The notes: generated by a model from the sequence alone, not told the origin. Counted from the first letter of the stretch, positions 38,921 to 48,834 are shown. The stretch: DNA of 64,000 bases from a virus (IMGVR_UViG_3300042473_001546:7399-71398); one strand, 5' to 3'. A program made the numbers and translations.

Positions 38921-39327
38921 AATTGGTGTTTGTTAACGGCTGTTTTGATGTGTTGCATTGCGGACACATTCTGTTGTTAAAATATGCTCGCTCACTGGGA
39001 GATCGCTTGGTAGTTGCTATCGACAGCGATGCTAGAGTCCAGTTTTTAAAAGGAGCTTGTAGGCCCATCAACAGGGCAGAAGATCGTTGTCTCCTGCTGG
39101 AAAGCATTCGCTATGTTGATGAAACCCGTGTGTTCAACACAGAGCAAGAGCTTGTTGAGTTGACGGCACTGTTACAGCCTGACATAATGGTAGTAGGCAG
39201 CGATTACCAAAACAGAAAAGTAATTGGCGCAGAACATGCCAAGGAGACATTATTCTTTGACCGAATCCCCCACTACAGTACAACGCAAATCCTTGAAGGT
39301 TCTCCTCTTGGGAGAAAGCTGTTGTGA
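38917..39327 (+). CDS. HldE-domain-II-like nucleotidyltransferase (RfaE2)
   Basis: NGCFDVLHCGH, GDRLVVAIDSD, KG..RPIN, VD.T.VF, GSDY, YSTT. Confidence 0.88.
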   Translation: MKLVFVNGCFDVLHCGHILLLKYARSLGDRLVVAIDSDARVQFLKGACRPINRAEDRCLLLESIRYVDETRVFNTEQELVELTALLQPDIMVVGSDYQNRKVIGAEHAKETLFFDRIPHYSTTQILEGSPLGRKLL

Positions 39328-40054
39328 CGAATATCACTATGGCGTTGTAAATCGAATTGCAGCTGAAGCTCCTGTTCCCATCCTAGACTATCAGGATGTT
39401 GAAAAACGTTCAGGTATGGCATCCAATGTGCGTAGCAATCTAATTGCTCTGGGTGCCAGTGTTGATTTCGTAACCAATCATCCCAGCCAACTTATCAAAC
39501 GGCGGTTTGTGGACACGCGGAGTAACCAAATGCTCATGCGTCAAGACATTGAGTCGCACATCAGTCCTGCCACAGTGGACATCAGTCCAGGATATGATGC
39601 CTTGGTAATCTCTGACTACAACAAGGGCTTGATTGACTCAACCTATATCAAAGGAGTTTGTGAAACCTTTGAAGGACCCATTTTTGTTGACAGCAAGCGA
39701 ACTGATCTCAGTGCATTTGAGAAAAGCTTCATCAAAGTCAATGAGTTTGAAGAAAAGGCGTTGCATCAGTTGCCAAAAAATCACCAATTGATTACAACAC
39801 TGGGAAAACGTGGTGCCAAATGGAACAATCAGTTGTTCACTGCGCCAAGGGTTGATGTGTTTGATGTTACAGGGGCTGGCGATGTGTTCCTAGCCAGCTT
39901 GGTTTGGTTTTATATGGAAACAACTGACTTGCCCAGGAGTATCCATACAGCAGTGTATCTAGCCAGCCGGAGCGTGCAACATATGGGCATCTACACGCTT
40001 ACACAAAAAGATATCCAAGCGGCAAAAGATTTTCAAAAAACACTGCCAGATTAG
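39293..40054 (+). CDS. HldE-domain-I-like PfkB sugar kinase (RfaE1)
   Basis: G.VNRI..EAPVPIL, ISDYNKG, VFDVTGAGDVF; start uncertain. Confidence 0.88.
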   Translation: MKVLLLGESCCDEYHYGVVNRIAAEAPVPILDYQDVEKRSGMASNVRSNLIALGASVDFVTNHPSQLIKRRFVDTRSNQMLMRQDIESHISPATVDISPGYDALVISDYNKGLIDSTYIKGVCETFEGPIFVDSKRTDLSAFEKSFIKVNEFEEKALHQLPKNHQLITTLGKRGAKWNNQLFTAPRVDVFDVTGAGDVFLASLVWFYMETTDLPRSIHTAVYLASRSVQHMGIYTLTQKDIQAAKDFQKTLPD

Positions 40055-40764
40055 GCAGTTGGCATATAACTGCTGGCCAGCTTAGCTAGAGCTTTTTTGC
40101 CATCAAAAGCAGTGAGTATGAATCCGTCTCTGCTTGTATCAAGAGGGTCTGCGCCAAGTGCTGCTCTAGCCCACATGAGCCAAGGCAACACGTCAAGCCT
40201 GCTTAGTTGGAGTAGCACTATTTGCCCTTCGCGGTCCTCAGCCAACAGTGGAAACAATTCACCAATGGCTTCTTTTTCTTCTTGACTTAGCGGTAAGGGT
40301 TTTGGCTTCTTAACAACTTCAGGTTTTGGCTCTTGATGGGGTTTTTCCCACAGCTTCCACTCATTCCTAGTTAACTTTTTTAACCAAACGGCGATGATAT
40401 CAAGGTTGTTCTTCTCTTCAATGTCATGGGGTCCCACAGCAATAAGAAACACTGCATCAGAGTATAGTTGATAGAGCACAATCACCTTGCCTCGGATAGC
40501 ATGCCAACGTCTCACTCGAGGCTGCGATTGTTGTGAATTGGGGATTTTGAGCCGCTGTATATCGCCTGGGCCTGTGAGAGGCGTGTCTTTGGCATCATAA
40601 GGCACGTGGCTCAAGCCGCCCTTTTGCCAGTGAGCTAGCCACTCGTCAAAGTTTTTTTCAAAATCAGGAGTTTGAATAGCAGTTTGCCAATCTTTGTTCC
40701 AACGACTGCTGGCGTAAACTTCTCTAGGTTGGCCTTCTTGTTCCAGTAGGTCGCTTATTCTCAT
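40051..40764 (-). CDS. Protein with RelE/YafQ-like nuclease region
   Basis: MRISDLLE; KDTPLTG...RRWH...VIVLYQ......LIAVGPH. Confidence 0.5.
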   Translation of the reverse strand: MRISDLLEQEGQPREVYASSRWNKDWQTAIQTPDFEKNFDEWLAHWQKGGLSHVPYDAKDTPLTGPGDIQRLKIPNSQQSQPRVRRWHAIRGKVIVLYQLYSDAVFLIAVGPHDIEEKNNLDIIAVWLKKLTRNEWKLWEKPHQEPKPEVVKKPKPLPLSQEEKEAIGELFPLLAEDREGQIVLLQLSRLDVLPWLMWARAALGADPLDTSRDGFILTAFDGKKALAKLASSYMPTA

Positions 40765-40779
40765 GCCTGTGTGAACGCC

Positions 40780-40941
40780 TTATGCACTCTTGTCACTCTC
40801 TGCAATTACCTTTTGAACTGCCTCAAGCTCTGCATCCTTCTCAGCCAAAATCGCCGGAAATGCACCTGCACGCTCAAAACTTTCCCGCAGCTGAGCCTGC
40901 TTCACACGCGCCTTGATTTGTTCAAACTTGCTGCGGTCCAT
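40780..40941 (-). CDS. Small charged helical protein
   Basis: MDRSKFEQ; SD AGGAG; TAAATA upstream. Confidence 0.6.
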   Translation of the reverse strand: MDRSKFEQIKARVKQAQLRESFERAGAFPAILAEKDAELEAVQKVIAESDKSA

Positions 40942-41091
40942 TTGCCATCTCCTGTTTATCACATATTTAGTGAGCCCAATATAGTGAAAACCAAAATAGG
41001 CGTCAACCAAAAATTTTTAGATTTTCCTGTTGACAGGGTAGATGCCAATGTGTATGTTGCGGATGTGAACAACAAACACATGGAGCGGACA

Positions 41092-41337
41092 ATGATCCTC
41101 ACCGACGCTACTGCTATTGCTATCATCAACAATGACCTGGAAATCTCCGATATCCTGGGTTATGATGTGAGCGTGCCCGACAATGACTACGAGTGCCTCA
41201 GCCGCATGTTTGAAAACATGTGCCAGGACCGCTTTATGCATGCGGATGATGACAGTTGCGAGATTGAAAACCACATGTATGACGACATTGTGTCCGAGTA
41301 TGGATACCTTGTGGATGAGGCAAAGCAGGCAGCTTAA
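41092..41337 (+). CDS. Acidic early protein
   Basis: MILTDATA; SD GGAG; TTGACA at about 41030. Confidence 0.7.
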   Translation: MILTDATAIAIINNDLEISDILGYDVSVPDNDYECLSRMFENMCQDRFMHADDDSCEIENHMYDDIVSEYGYLVDEAKQAA

Positions 41338-41343
41338 AAACAG

Positions 41344-41847
41344 TTGATGCAGGGTTGTCTTGCTCTTGACATCCAAGGCAACCTTGCTATGCTGCCGGCA
41401 ACAGAACACGATGCACATGAGGGCAAGATGAACTTGGTTGCCAAGACTGTTTGTGAATATGCCAATCAACGCACTGGTGTTGCCTGGGGCAAAAAGTGGC
41501 AGCTGACTGATCTTGATAGCAACAAGACCTATGGAGAACTGATGTGGAACAGCCTGTGGGGCACCCAAAAGTTCTGTGTCAGCATCCTTAACCCAGTTCA
41601 TCCCGAGCTGGGGTTGCACAGCTATACCTTGTTTGAGGACAGGACAGTGGCGCTGAAGTGGGCACGGGAACAGATCGAAGGCTTGCCTAGTGTCACTTGT
41701 GAGCTCATTGATGCTGCTATCCAGCGTGTGAAGGACAGCCGCTACCAGGATGAGATGTCGGACGACTACGCCTACAGCAACGGCAAGGTGGCGCACTGGA
41801 ACAAGCTACAACGTGAGCTGGAAAATCAACTGAAGACTTTGGTTTGA
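41344..41847 (+). CDS. Hypothetical protein
   Basis: ORF; C-terminal EMSDDYAYSNG. Confidence 0.6.
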   Translation: MMQGCLALDIQGNLAMLPATEHDAHEGKMNLVAKTVCEYANQRTGVAWGKKWQLTDLDSNKTYGELMWNSLWGTQKFCVSILNPVHPELGLHSYTLFEDRTVALKWAREQIEGLPSVTCELIDAAIQRVKDSRYQDEMSDDYAYSNGKVAHWNKLQRELENQLKTLV

Positions 41848-42073
41848 CCACAAGACTGTATGGATCAACACAATGAGCATCTCCAAAGATGGCATCCACA
41901 ACTGGAACTATCATGCCCATGTTCAGTGGTTGCGCAATGCCAACTTGGTAATGCAGCGTGTGGAACGAGACCCTGTGACTCCCAGCAACATTGTGGTGTT
42001 TTTTGAGAAGATTGTGGGTTGACAAGTTACCAATGCCTGCTATAATCCGCTCAGCAACGTAGGAAAGCCAAAC

Positions 42074-42280
42074 ATGAGCAATTCCGCTGTGTATCGATTC
42101 ATCAACAAAAGCAACAACCGTGTAGACTACTTTGGCCATCCTGCTGAACTGGCAGATCATATGCTGGGCAAGAGGCTCAGCAACATCCTTGTGATCAAAT
42201 CCGATGACAAGGGAGATAGGCTGGTAACGTTTGCCAGCCCTTACGTTGACACCATGGAAACTGCGCTGCGAGCAGCCTAA
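42074..42280 (+). CDS. Hypothetical early protein
   Basis: Own promoter and SD. Confidence 0.65.
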   Translation: MSNSAVYRFINKSNNRVDYFGHPAELADHMLGKRLSNILVIKSDDKGDRLVTFASPYVDTMETALRAA

Positions 42281-42347
42281 AAAAACTGGTTGACAGTGTC
42301 CCGCGTTGTGCTATAATGCGCGCATAAGCAAAAACGGAGCATACAAA

Positions 42348-42680
42348 ATGTGCGGCAAGATTGATATGGTATGGACTCGCAAGGAACGTGCAGTTGTCCA
42401 GAAGGCTTACCCTGCTGGTAGTCACATTCCAGTAGCTCTTTGGCCCAGCACCAGCGGCCGAAGTGTGCAGGTAATTGTGCATGGACAGCGTGTAGATGAG
42501 GGCACTACAAAAATCCGGTGGGGCTATGCTGTAAACCGTATTGGTGACCTCTCTCTGCGCATTCGCTTGCCCAAGGAGCAAGTTGACATGTGTGCATATG
42601 TTGCTCTTAAGATCAACCAAGCTATTTGGGGCAAGAACATCAAGAATTATTATCAAATTTCAGCCAAAAATAGTGGTTGA
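42348..42680 (+). CDS. Hypothetical early protein
   Basis: MCGKIDMV; SD GGAG. Confidence 0.65.
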   Translation: MCGKIDMVWTRKERAVVQKAYPAGSHIPVALWPSTSGRSVQVIVHGQRVDEGTTKIRWGYAVNRIGDLSLRIRLPKEQVDMCAYVALKINQAIWGKNIKNYYQISAKNSG

Positions 42681-42743
42681 CAGCGCCTGCAAACGTGCTA
42701 TAATGCCCACATAGACAGCGACACAGCAAGAGGACACTGCAAC

Positions 42744-43343
42744 ATGGTCAAGTTTGAGATAAACTGGGAAATGACTGCTCGTGGCACGCGGTTTGCGTTC
42801 CTGGACACTGACGAGGGCACCACGGGCCTCATTGTTGAGGATCAGGCCTACGACATGACCTACAGCAACGACGGCTACGGCGGCGGCTTCGACGCTGAAG
42901 TGGGCGGCTACACGCTGGGCGGGCAGGGCGACGATACGTGCGAGGTGTGGCAGGACGAGGACGGAGGCATTCTCAAGGCTGGCACAAGCGACGAGTGCTG
43001 GCATTGGGTGGTGGACCAGCTTGCTGGCAAGGGCGACGCTGAGCCCGAAACTGAGACCATGAACATGCGTTGGGACATGGATGCGATGGACAGGGGCGAC
43101 ACTCGCATTGTGCATGTGAGCGGGCGTGTGATGGAACTGGTGGGTGTGGAACTCCACAACGAGGGCAAGTGGCAGGCCCGGGACGGTGAGCGTTGCATTG
43201 CGCAGGGCACGTGGCGCCGCGAGGACTACAAGATTGTGATCAAGGACCAGGAGGGCAACCGCTTGGCTCGCTTTGACAGCGAGGATGCGCCGGGGCTGAC
43301 GGACTGGGCTGAGAAGGTGCTGACCAACACCTGCCCGGTGTGA
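42744..43343 (+). CDS. Acidic hypothetical early protein
   Basis: Own promoter, SD GAGGA, GC-rich codons. Confidence 0.7.
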   Translation: MVKFEINWEMTARGTRFAFLDTDEGTTGLIVEDQAYDMTYSNDGYGGGFDAEVGGYTLGGQGDDTCEVWQDEDGGILKAGTSDECWHWVVDQLAGKGDAEPETETMNMRWDMDAMDRGDTRIVHVSGRVMELVGVELHNEGKWQARDGERCIAQGTWRREDYKIVIKDQEGNRLARFDSEDAPGLTDWAEKVLTNTCPV

Positions 43344-43551
43344 TTTTTGGTTGACATCCCCTACAACCATGCTATAATGCGCACATAGACAGCAAGGAAG
43401 ACCAATCATGCGAGTTTTTTGCATCCCGGCTGTGACTCTTGCAGACGCCTTGTGCAAGGCTGCGGCGCTGCATGGACCGCTCACCAGCAACTACAGTGTG
43501 AGCCTTTTGAACAATAGGCGTTGGCTGATCACCTGCGGCAGGGAGTAGGCC

Positions 43552-43767
43552 GTGGCACGCTATCACCTGTTCAAGGGCACTCGAGGGTATAACGGGCATG
43601 CCTATAGAGGGCCCAGCAGTGGCGGCGAGGTGGCAGAAGCCTCCACACTGGAGGAGGCAGAGGCTTGGCGCGGGCAGCTTCTGGAGAGAAATCCTGGGGT
43701 AGGCTGGGGCATCCGTGACACTCATACAGGCGAGGATATTCCTTTCAAGCCAGCTAACACTTGTTAA
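43552..43767 (+). CDS. Hypothetical protein (paralog of 37424-37627)
   Basis: RYHLFKGTRGY. Confidence 0.75.
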   Translation: MARYHLFKGTRGYNGHAYRGPSSGGEVAEASTLEEAEAWRGQLLERNPGVGWGIRDTHTGEDIPFKPANTC

Positions 43768-44246
43768 CACACTGCCCATCCCTGCTATAGTGCCCACAGA
43801 GACAGCAAGTTAAACTTGAAATGGCTAATCCCAAGTCCACCAAGCAAGTGTCTTCCACCCATCTGGACCAGATCGCGCCCTACGGAAGCTAATCGGTCCC
43901 CGGGGCGGCTTTGGTTGACGATGCACAGACAGCATGCTATTGTGCCTGTGCAAGACAGGAGCAAGATATGTACTTCTACCTTTGGCTCGGATGCTTTGGC
44001 CTTTGGCTCGGTGGCGTTTTCATCGGCATTGCCATTGGCCTTAGTATGTAAAAACAGCGTTGGGGATGATCACCATGCCACCCTGGAGAATTTTGATGGG
44101 GAAGGGCCCAAAATTGGCGGCACAGGGCTACAAGAACCAGGCAGCTGGCGGCCGGCAAGAGTATTGCATTCAAGCCAACCAAAAGTGGTTGACACCTTCT
44201 GCAAAAGTGCTATAGTGCAGGGGTAGACAGCAATAAGGCTGATGAT

Positions 44247-44618
44247 ATGAGCTACTCTTATGCGGACGAGCTGATAAGTGATCTCCACAAAGATGCTTAT
44301 GGATATCGTCCTCGCGGCGTGTATCTGCAGGACTGGAAGGACATGACTCCTGGCGAGAAGCAAGCCGAATGGGATCATCTCAGCCAGCTTGTGGGGGATG
44401 GTGAACAGGCCCGGAAGCTTGCCGAGGGCGAAGCTTACGATCATTGGTGCACGCACATTCTCCAGCTCACACTTGAACACGGTGTGAGTCATGCTCAAGC
44501 AGTCAAGCTTGACATGCGTGCACGCGGCGCTGACTCAGACATTGGTTACTATTGCTATCTTTTGGGACTGAGCTCAAGTGCAGAGAGTGAGATATCAGAG
44601 CTGTTGGAGGGGGTGTGA
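44247..44618 (+). CDS. Hypothetical phage early protein
   Basis: SDLHKDAYGYRPRG. Confidence 0.75.
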   Translation: MSYSYADELISDLHKDAYGYRPRGVYLQDWKDMTPGEKQAEWDHLSQLVGDGEQARKLAEGEAYDHWCTHILQLTLEHGVSHAQAVKLDMRARGADSDIGYYCYLLGLSSSAESEISELLEGV

Positions 44619-44905
44619 TGCACTCTCCCCGAGAGCTTGATACTCTGTATGAGAACGTGCCGGACCACTTTCTCGAGCTTTATTTTCGAAGCTGGAACGG
44701 CTACGAAGAATATGGGCACATGGCGATTGTGCAGCACACTGGTACCAATCAGCTTTACATTCACCGTTGGAACTACAGTGTGATGGCTGAGGACAACACT
44801 ATGAGGTGGGACCCTTGGGAGGTAACGGAAGAAGAGGCCATCCAGGAAATGCTGGAGTGGGACCAAGAGGTCGACGAGCACGAAGTTGGCTTTCAAGGTT
44901 GGTGA
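44615..44905 (+). CDS. Hypothetical protein (paralog of 37696-37989)
   Basis: PRELDTLYENVPDHF...FQGW. Confidence 0.75.
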   Translation: MMHSPRELDTLYENVPDHFLELYFRSWNGYEEYGHMAIVQHTGTNQLYIHRWNYSVMAEDNTMRWDPWEVTEEEAIQEMLEWDQEVDEHEVGFQGW

Positions 44906-44957
44906 TTGGTCTGCGGCACTGCAACCTGGCTATCTTAAACATGTTACGGAGAATAAG

Positions 44958-45356
44958 ATGACAATCCTGGATTGGACCAGTCCCAAGAAGGTGATGACCA
45001 CAGGAGAGCGAGCTCGCAATTACGGGTTCGATGGCGGCCCGCCAGGCGGTTACGTGCCCAACATGAGCGAAGATGATGCTGCCCAGTGGCGTGCCAAGCT
45101 GGTTGGCCACAAGTCAGGGCACCCGCAGGTGGAGATCCGCAAAACTGCCGGAGAAGCTCAGATCCTCCTCATCGTAAGCCTAGGCGATGGTTACAAATAC
45201 AAGTATTACACTCCTGAGGGCACCAAGGGCATCAACGTCCACCTCAGCCTGAACGGGGCGGCGCAGATGTCCTTTCAGGAGATGGCTGAGATGGCCCAGG
45301 CGGTGGAAGAAGCCAAGGCTCACCTAATGGTATTTTTGGATTCCCAAATCGGTTGA
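44958..45356 (+). CDS. Hypothetical protein
   Basis: GGYVPNMSEDD...WRAK......QVEIRK; SD GGAG. Confidence 0.7.
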   Translation: MTILDWTSPKKVMTTGERARNYGFDGGPPGGYVPNMSEDDAAQWRAKLVGHKSGHPQVEIRKTAGEAQILLIVSLGDGYKYKYYTPEGTKGINVHLSLNGAAQMSFQEMAEMAQAVEEAKAHLMVFLDSQIG

Positions 45357-45386
45357 CAGGCACTGCCACCCTGCTATAATGCCCAT

Positions 45387-45815
45387 ATGAACAGAGAAGT
45401 TCGGAGCACTGAGATGAGCATTGCCAAAGAGACTCCTGCCCAGAAGCGTCGTCGGGAAAAGGAAGAACTGGAGATTGCCCAGCGTGAGAGTGAGCAGAAG
45501 TTTGAGGCGGAGAAATCAACTCGTCTCCTGCATGCCATGGCTCGTGCCCAAGGGCTAGGAGTTGAGGCGCAGGTGTTTTACCGCTACGAAGATGTGCTCA
45601 TCTACCAGTTCGACTTCAGCCAAGTCAACCTGCCCAACAGCTTGGACACGTTTTGCGACACAGTGGCTGAACTCAGCGAGTGGATGATGGACAGCATCGA
45701 GAACCAGCTCAAGCTGGTTGAAGAAGCTCGTGACCGTGGCAAGCGGTTGGCAAATCTTAAGAAAGAAGTGCTGGCTCGCCTCACTGATGAGGAACGTGAG
45801 GCGCTGGGTGTTTGA
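45387..45815 (+). CDS. Hypothetical protein
   Basis: Ends LTDEEREALGV. Confidence 0.7.
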   Translation: MNREVRSTEMSIAKETPAQKRRREKEELEIAQRESEQKFEAEKSTRLLHAMARAQGLGVEAQVFYRYEDVLIYQFDFSQVNLPNSLDTFCDTVAELSEWMMDSIENQLKLVEEARDRGKRLANLKKEVLARLTDEEREALGV

Positions 45816-45921
45816 TTGCCTGTTGACGGGTGTTCAAAACCTGCCGTCCAGACTGCGTAAATCTCTTGACAACATACTTAAACAGTGCTAGTGTAGGCAC
45901 ATAACACAAAGGAATATCAAG

Positions 45922-46119
45922 ATGTTCAATACCGATCACATGTGGACTGAACTGGCCCAAAACGGTCGCACCAATGTTGAGGTGCTGTCGCCCACTGGCA
46001 ATGAGCTTCGTGAGCAGCTTCAGATGGAAGCTGATGCCGAAGGTGTTCGCCTGCGCATGGACCTCAAGCCCAACAAGATGGGCAGCTACACCGCCTACGT
46101 GTATCTGCGCAAGAACTGA
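45922..46119 (+). CDS. Hypothetical protein
   Basis: Promoter-like sequence and SD AAGGA. Confidence 0.65.
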   Translation: MFNTDHMWTELAQNGRTNVEVLSPTGNELREQLQMEADAEGVRLRMDLKPNKMGSYTAYVYLRKN

Positions 46120-46319
46120 CAGCAAATAGCTTCCTAGATCAAAGGGCAGGCCATGCGTGCAATGAGAAACTTTCTCCTGGTGCTGTTTGCCATTATTTTT
46201 GTGGGCAACTTTGCCCTGTTTGGCGCATGTATCATGAGCGGCGATAAAAACAGCATGGCCTGTTGGCTCATCAGTGATCGTGTGGAAGTTGGCATTCAGC
46301 AGCGATAAGGAGTCACACA

Positions 46320-47045
46320 GTGAACACCGTTCAAGATTATCAGGGCAGCCCCAGTGAGCACTCACTCAAGAGTGCTACTCGCTGCATTGACATGAGCAAG
46401 GCCCTTGATTATCATGGCAGTCCTGGTGAGCACATTCTCAAGAGTGCTGCTCGCTGCATTGACATGAGCAAGACACAAGCCTGTGCGGTGCGACTGCATT
46501 TCAACGACGTTGAGCTGGTCATCGACCACACCATGACTGTGGATGAGATTGCCGAACGGTATGATCAGGAGCGTGTGTTGGCTGCCCAACGTTGGCGAGA
46601 TAGTGATGCTGGGCGGCAAGTGATGCAGGAACTGGAAGATATCAGAGCAAGTCATCAAAGCCGGCATGACAAGCTCATGGCTGTGCTGTGGGACGTGGCA
46701 AGCGACGAGAGCAAGCTGATGGATTGGCTCTACGATTTCAGCGACGCCGCTGACCATGTGGGAGTAGAGGGCAAAGACTTTCAGCGAGTCAGCAGTGTGC
46801 TCGAGCTGCACGGGTATGTGGAAAATGACTGTGTGGGCTGGGACAAATGTCAGTTTGAAAATCCACGTGTCATGGCTCGCTACATTGCAGGGCAGGCGCT
46901 GAACTGCATGAAACGCATGAACATGGGACCACATCCTATGACACAAAGCTTTGTGGAAAAATACCATGCGCTGACAAAACTCATTGACAGCCGAGCTATC
47001 CCTGCTATACTGAGTCCGGAAGCAAGGAAACTGTGTGATGACTGA
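46320..47045 (+). CDS. Hypothetical protein with duplicated N-terminus
   Basis: SD AAGGAG; DY.GSP.EH.LKSA.RCIDMSK occurs twice. Confidence 0.7.
   Translation: MNTVQDYQGSPSEHSLKSATRCIDMSKALDYHGSPGEHILKSAARCIDMSKTQACAVRLHFNDVELVIDHTMTVDEIAERYDQERVLAAQRWRDSDAGRQVMQELEDIRASHQSRHDKLMAVLWDVASDESKLMDWLYDFSDAADHVGVEGKDFQRVSSVLELHGYVENDCVGWDKCQFENPRVMARYIAGQALNCMKRMNMGPHPMTQSFVEKYHALTKLIDSRAIPAILSPEARKLCDD
46335..46472 (+). repeat. In-frame 72-bp-period tandem duplication
   Basis: GATTATCA...CATTGACATGAGCAAG at 46335 and 46407. Confidence 0.85.
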
Positions 47046-47421
47046 CTCTGTATCTCGGTATCTCAGCACCTGGCAGGGCAACCGGCTGCTGGAAAAGCAC
47101 AGCCTGGATGATGAAGGCACATGGCGAGTGCGTGGTGAAGATCCCAACCCTGACATGGGCGGGCATCATCATGAACCTGAGCTGGGTGTGTTTGAAGGTC
47201 GCTTGCGTGATATCATTGGGTATGCGGTACACCTGCCAGATTTCTACACTTGGGGAGCCGGTGGATCAATCGAACGCCATGTGCCCAAGCGGGTGATGAA
47301 GATCACGGCCCTCAGTGTGCGAGAACTGAATGAAAAGCGTGAGCGTATTCGAGCTCTAGAGGAAGAGAAGAGTCGGATCGAACGCGAAATCGCATCAATC
47401 AAGAACGAGATAGGAGAGTAA
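47035..47421 (+). CDS. Hypothetical phage protein
   Basis: GTWRVRGEDPNPDMGGHHHEPELG. Confidence 0.75.
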   Translation: MMTDSVSRYLSTWQGNRLLEKHSLDDEGTWRVRGEDPNPDMGGHHHEPELGVFEGRLRDIIGYAVHLPDFYTWGAGGSIERHVPKRVMKITALSVRELNEKRERIRALEEEKSRIEREIASIKNEIGE

Positions 47422-47422
47422 C

Positions 47423-47635
47423 ATGAGCAAGCTGGTTCCCGTTGCCCGGCACACGCCCACTGTGTTTGTGCGGAGTGATCTGGTGGTGAGTATGGAGATT
47501 GTGGACTATGGCTCACATGCAGAGCCACAAATTTCTCTCACCCTTGGCACAATGGTGAGTGAGCGGTTTGACTCTGTCTCTGGGGCTTCTGAAGCCGCGG
47601 TGCGCATCTGCAATGTGTGCAATGAGGCTAAGTGA
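47423..47635 (+). CDS. Hypothetical protein
   Basis: SD AGGAG. Confidence 0.55.
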   Translation: MSKLVPVARHTPTVFVRSDLVVSMEIVDYGSHAEPQISLTLGTMVSERFDSVSGASEAAVRICNVCNEAK

Positions 47636-47862
47636 TGACTCCGTTTGATCCGTCCACTGAATGGACAGTGGTCTCACCAGGTGTGATTGAGCTACCTACC
47701 ACCGGCATCACAATCCAACTCATGCCCAACTGGAGCACAGGTCATCGCTATCAAGTGATGTGGAACCATCGAGAAATCTCTCGCACTGCCACTCTTGACT
47801 TTGCCAAACTCGAGGCTCAACAATGGCTGAGAGAACTGTTGGCTATGGGAATGGAACCATGA
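47632..47862 (+). CDS. Hypothetical protein
   Basis: Operon packing. Confidence 0.55.
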   Translation: MMTPFDPSTEWTVVSPGVIELPTTGITIQLMPNWSTGHRYQVMWNHREISRTATLDFAKLEAQQWLRELLAMGMEP

Positions 47863-48203
47863 GCACGCTTGGTGAACGCATGGTGGAGGCGGCGGCGCGG
47901 GCGATCTATCACGCCCATCTGCGCGAGGAAGCCACCCTATGGGATGATTTGGTAGCGGGCTACAGTGATAAGCCCGGCACGCTCGGGTATCGGGCGCTTC
48001 AACGTTGTCGTACCCAAGCCCGCGCTGCTCTCGCCGATGCCCTCGCTGTGGCGGATGGGGATAAGGTAGTGTTGACGAGAGTGCCAGATGACGTGACTGA
48101 AAGTGATGCCCCTAAGTGCATGGGGACGGTGGATGGACTGGCTTGGTCTTTGGGATACTACGCTTGCCGATGCATTACGCTAAAGGAGAGGGTGACGCTG
48201 TGA
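47859..48203 (+). CDS. Hypothetical protein
   Basis: MVEAAARAIY..R.QARAAL motif. Confidence 0.55.
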   Translation: MSTLGERMVEAAARAIYHAHLREEATLWDDLVAGYSDKPGTLGYRALQRCRTQARAALADALAVADGDKVVLTRVPDDVTESDAPKCMGTVDGLAWSLGYYACRCITLKERVTL

Positions 48204-48541
48204 GCGAGTTTAGTGACGACTATGATCCCAGGAAGGATCCCACTATCTCGGCTGAACTCCTGCTAGAGTATGAGCGTGAGGAAGAGGCCTATGATGAGGC
48301 TCGCGGACGGTTCAATTCTGTTCTCAAAAAGATCCGAGCTCATCGACTCACGTCATTGACAGAGATGCCTGAGTGTTCTGAATGCAGTGCTGGCATTGTG
48401 CGCAACAAGTGTGCCCTAGAGCTAGATTACTATAGCTGCCCGCGGCATGAGCAGGTGGAAGACTATGGTGGCTCAGAAGCCCTCATGCGCCACTTCAAAA
48501 TTGGCCGCTATCGAGAAGACCTTGGGAACAACGCAGCATGA
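48200..48541 (+). CDS. Hypothetical Cys-containing protein
   Basis: GTGA overlap; CSEC..C..CPRH. Confidence 0.55.
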   Translation: MSEFSDDYDPRKDPTISAELLLEYEREEEAYDEARGRFNSVLKKIRAHRLTSLTEMPECSECSAGIVRNKCALELDYYSCPRHEQVEDYGGSEALMRHFKIGRYREDLGNNAA

Positions 48542-48834
48542 CCACAGTGTATCGAATTCGCCACAAGCCCACGGGCATGTATTTCTGTCCCAGCCGAGAG
48601 ATCAAGATCAAGCTGGAGGGAGACAGCATTTGGCGGGCAAACGGTCGCTACATCAAAAGCAATCTCAGCAAGGACGGCAAGGCTTATGTGCGCCGGCCCA
48701 CCGTCAAGCAGATTGGAGGCTATTACTATACTCATGTGGGTGTGACACATGTGGATGATCTCAACCACGGCGTCATGGGCGAATACCGAATGCTGCGAGT
48801 TGTTCCCGAAGAGTGGGAAATTGAAGCTGTTTAG
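48538..48834 (+). CDS. Hypothetical protein
   Basis: YRIRHKPTGMYF...SNLSKDGK.Y. Confidence 0.65.
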   Translation: MTTVYRIRHKPTGMYFCPSREIKIKLEGDSIWRANGRYIKSNLSKDGKAYVRRPTVKQIGGYYYTHVGVTHVDDLNHGVMGEYRMLRVVPEEWEIEAV

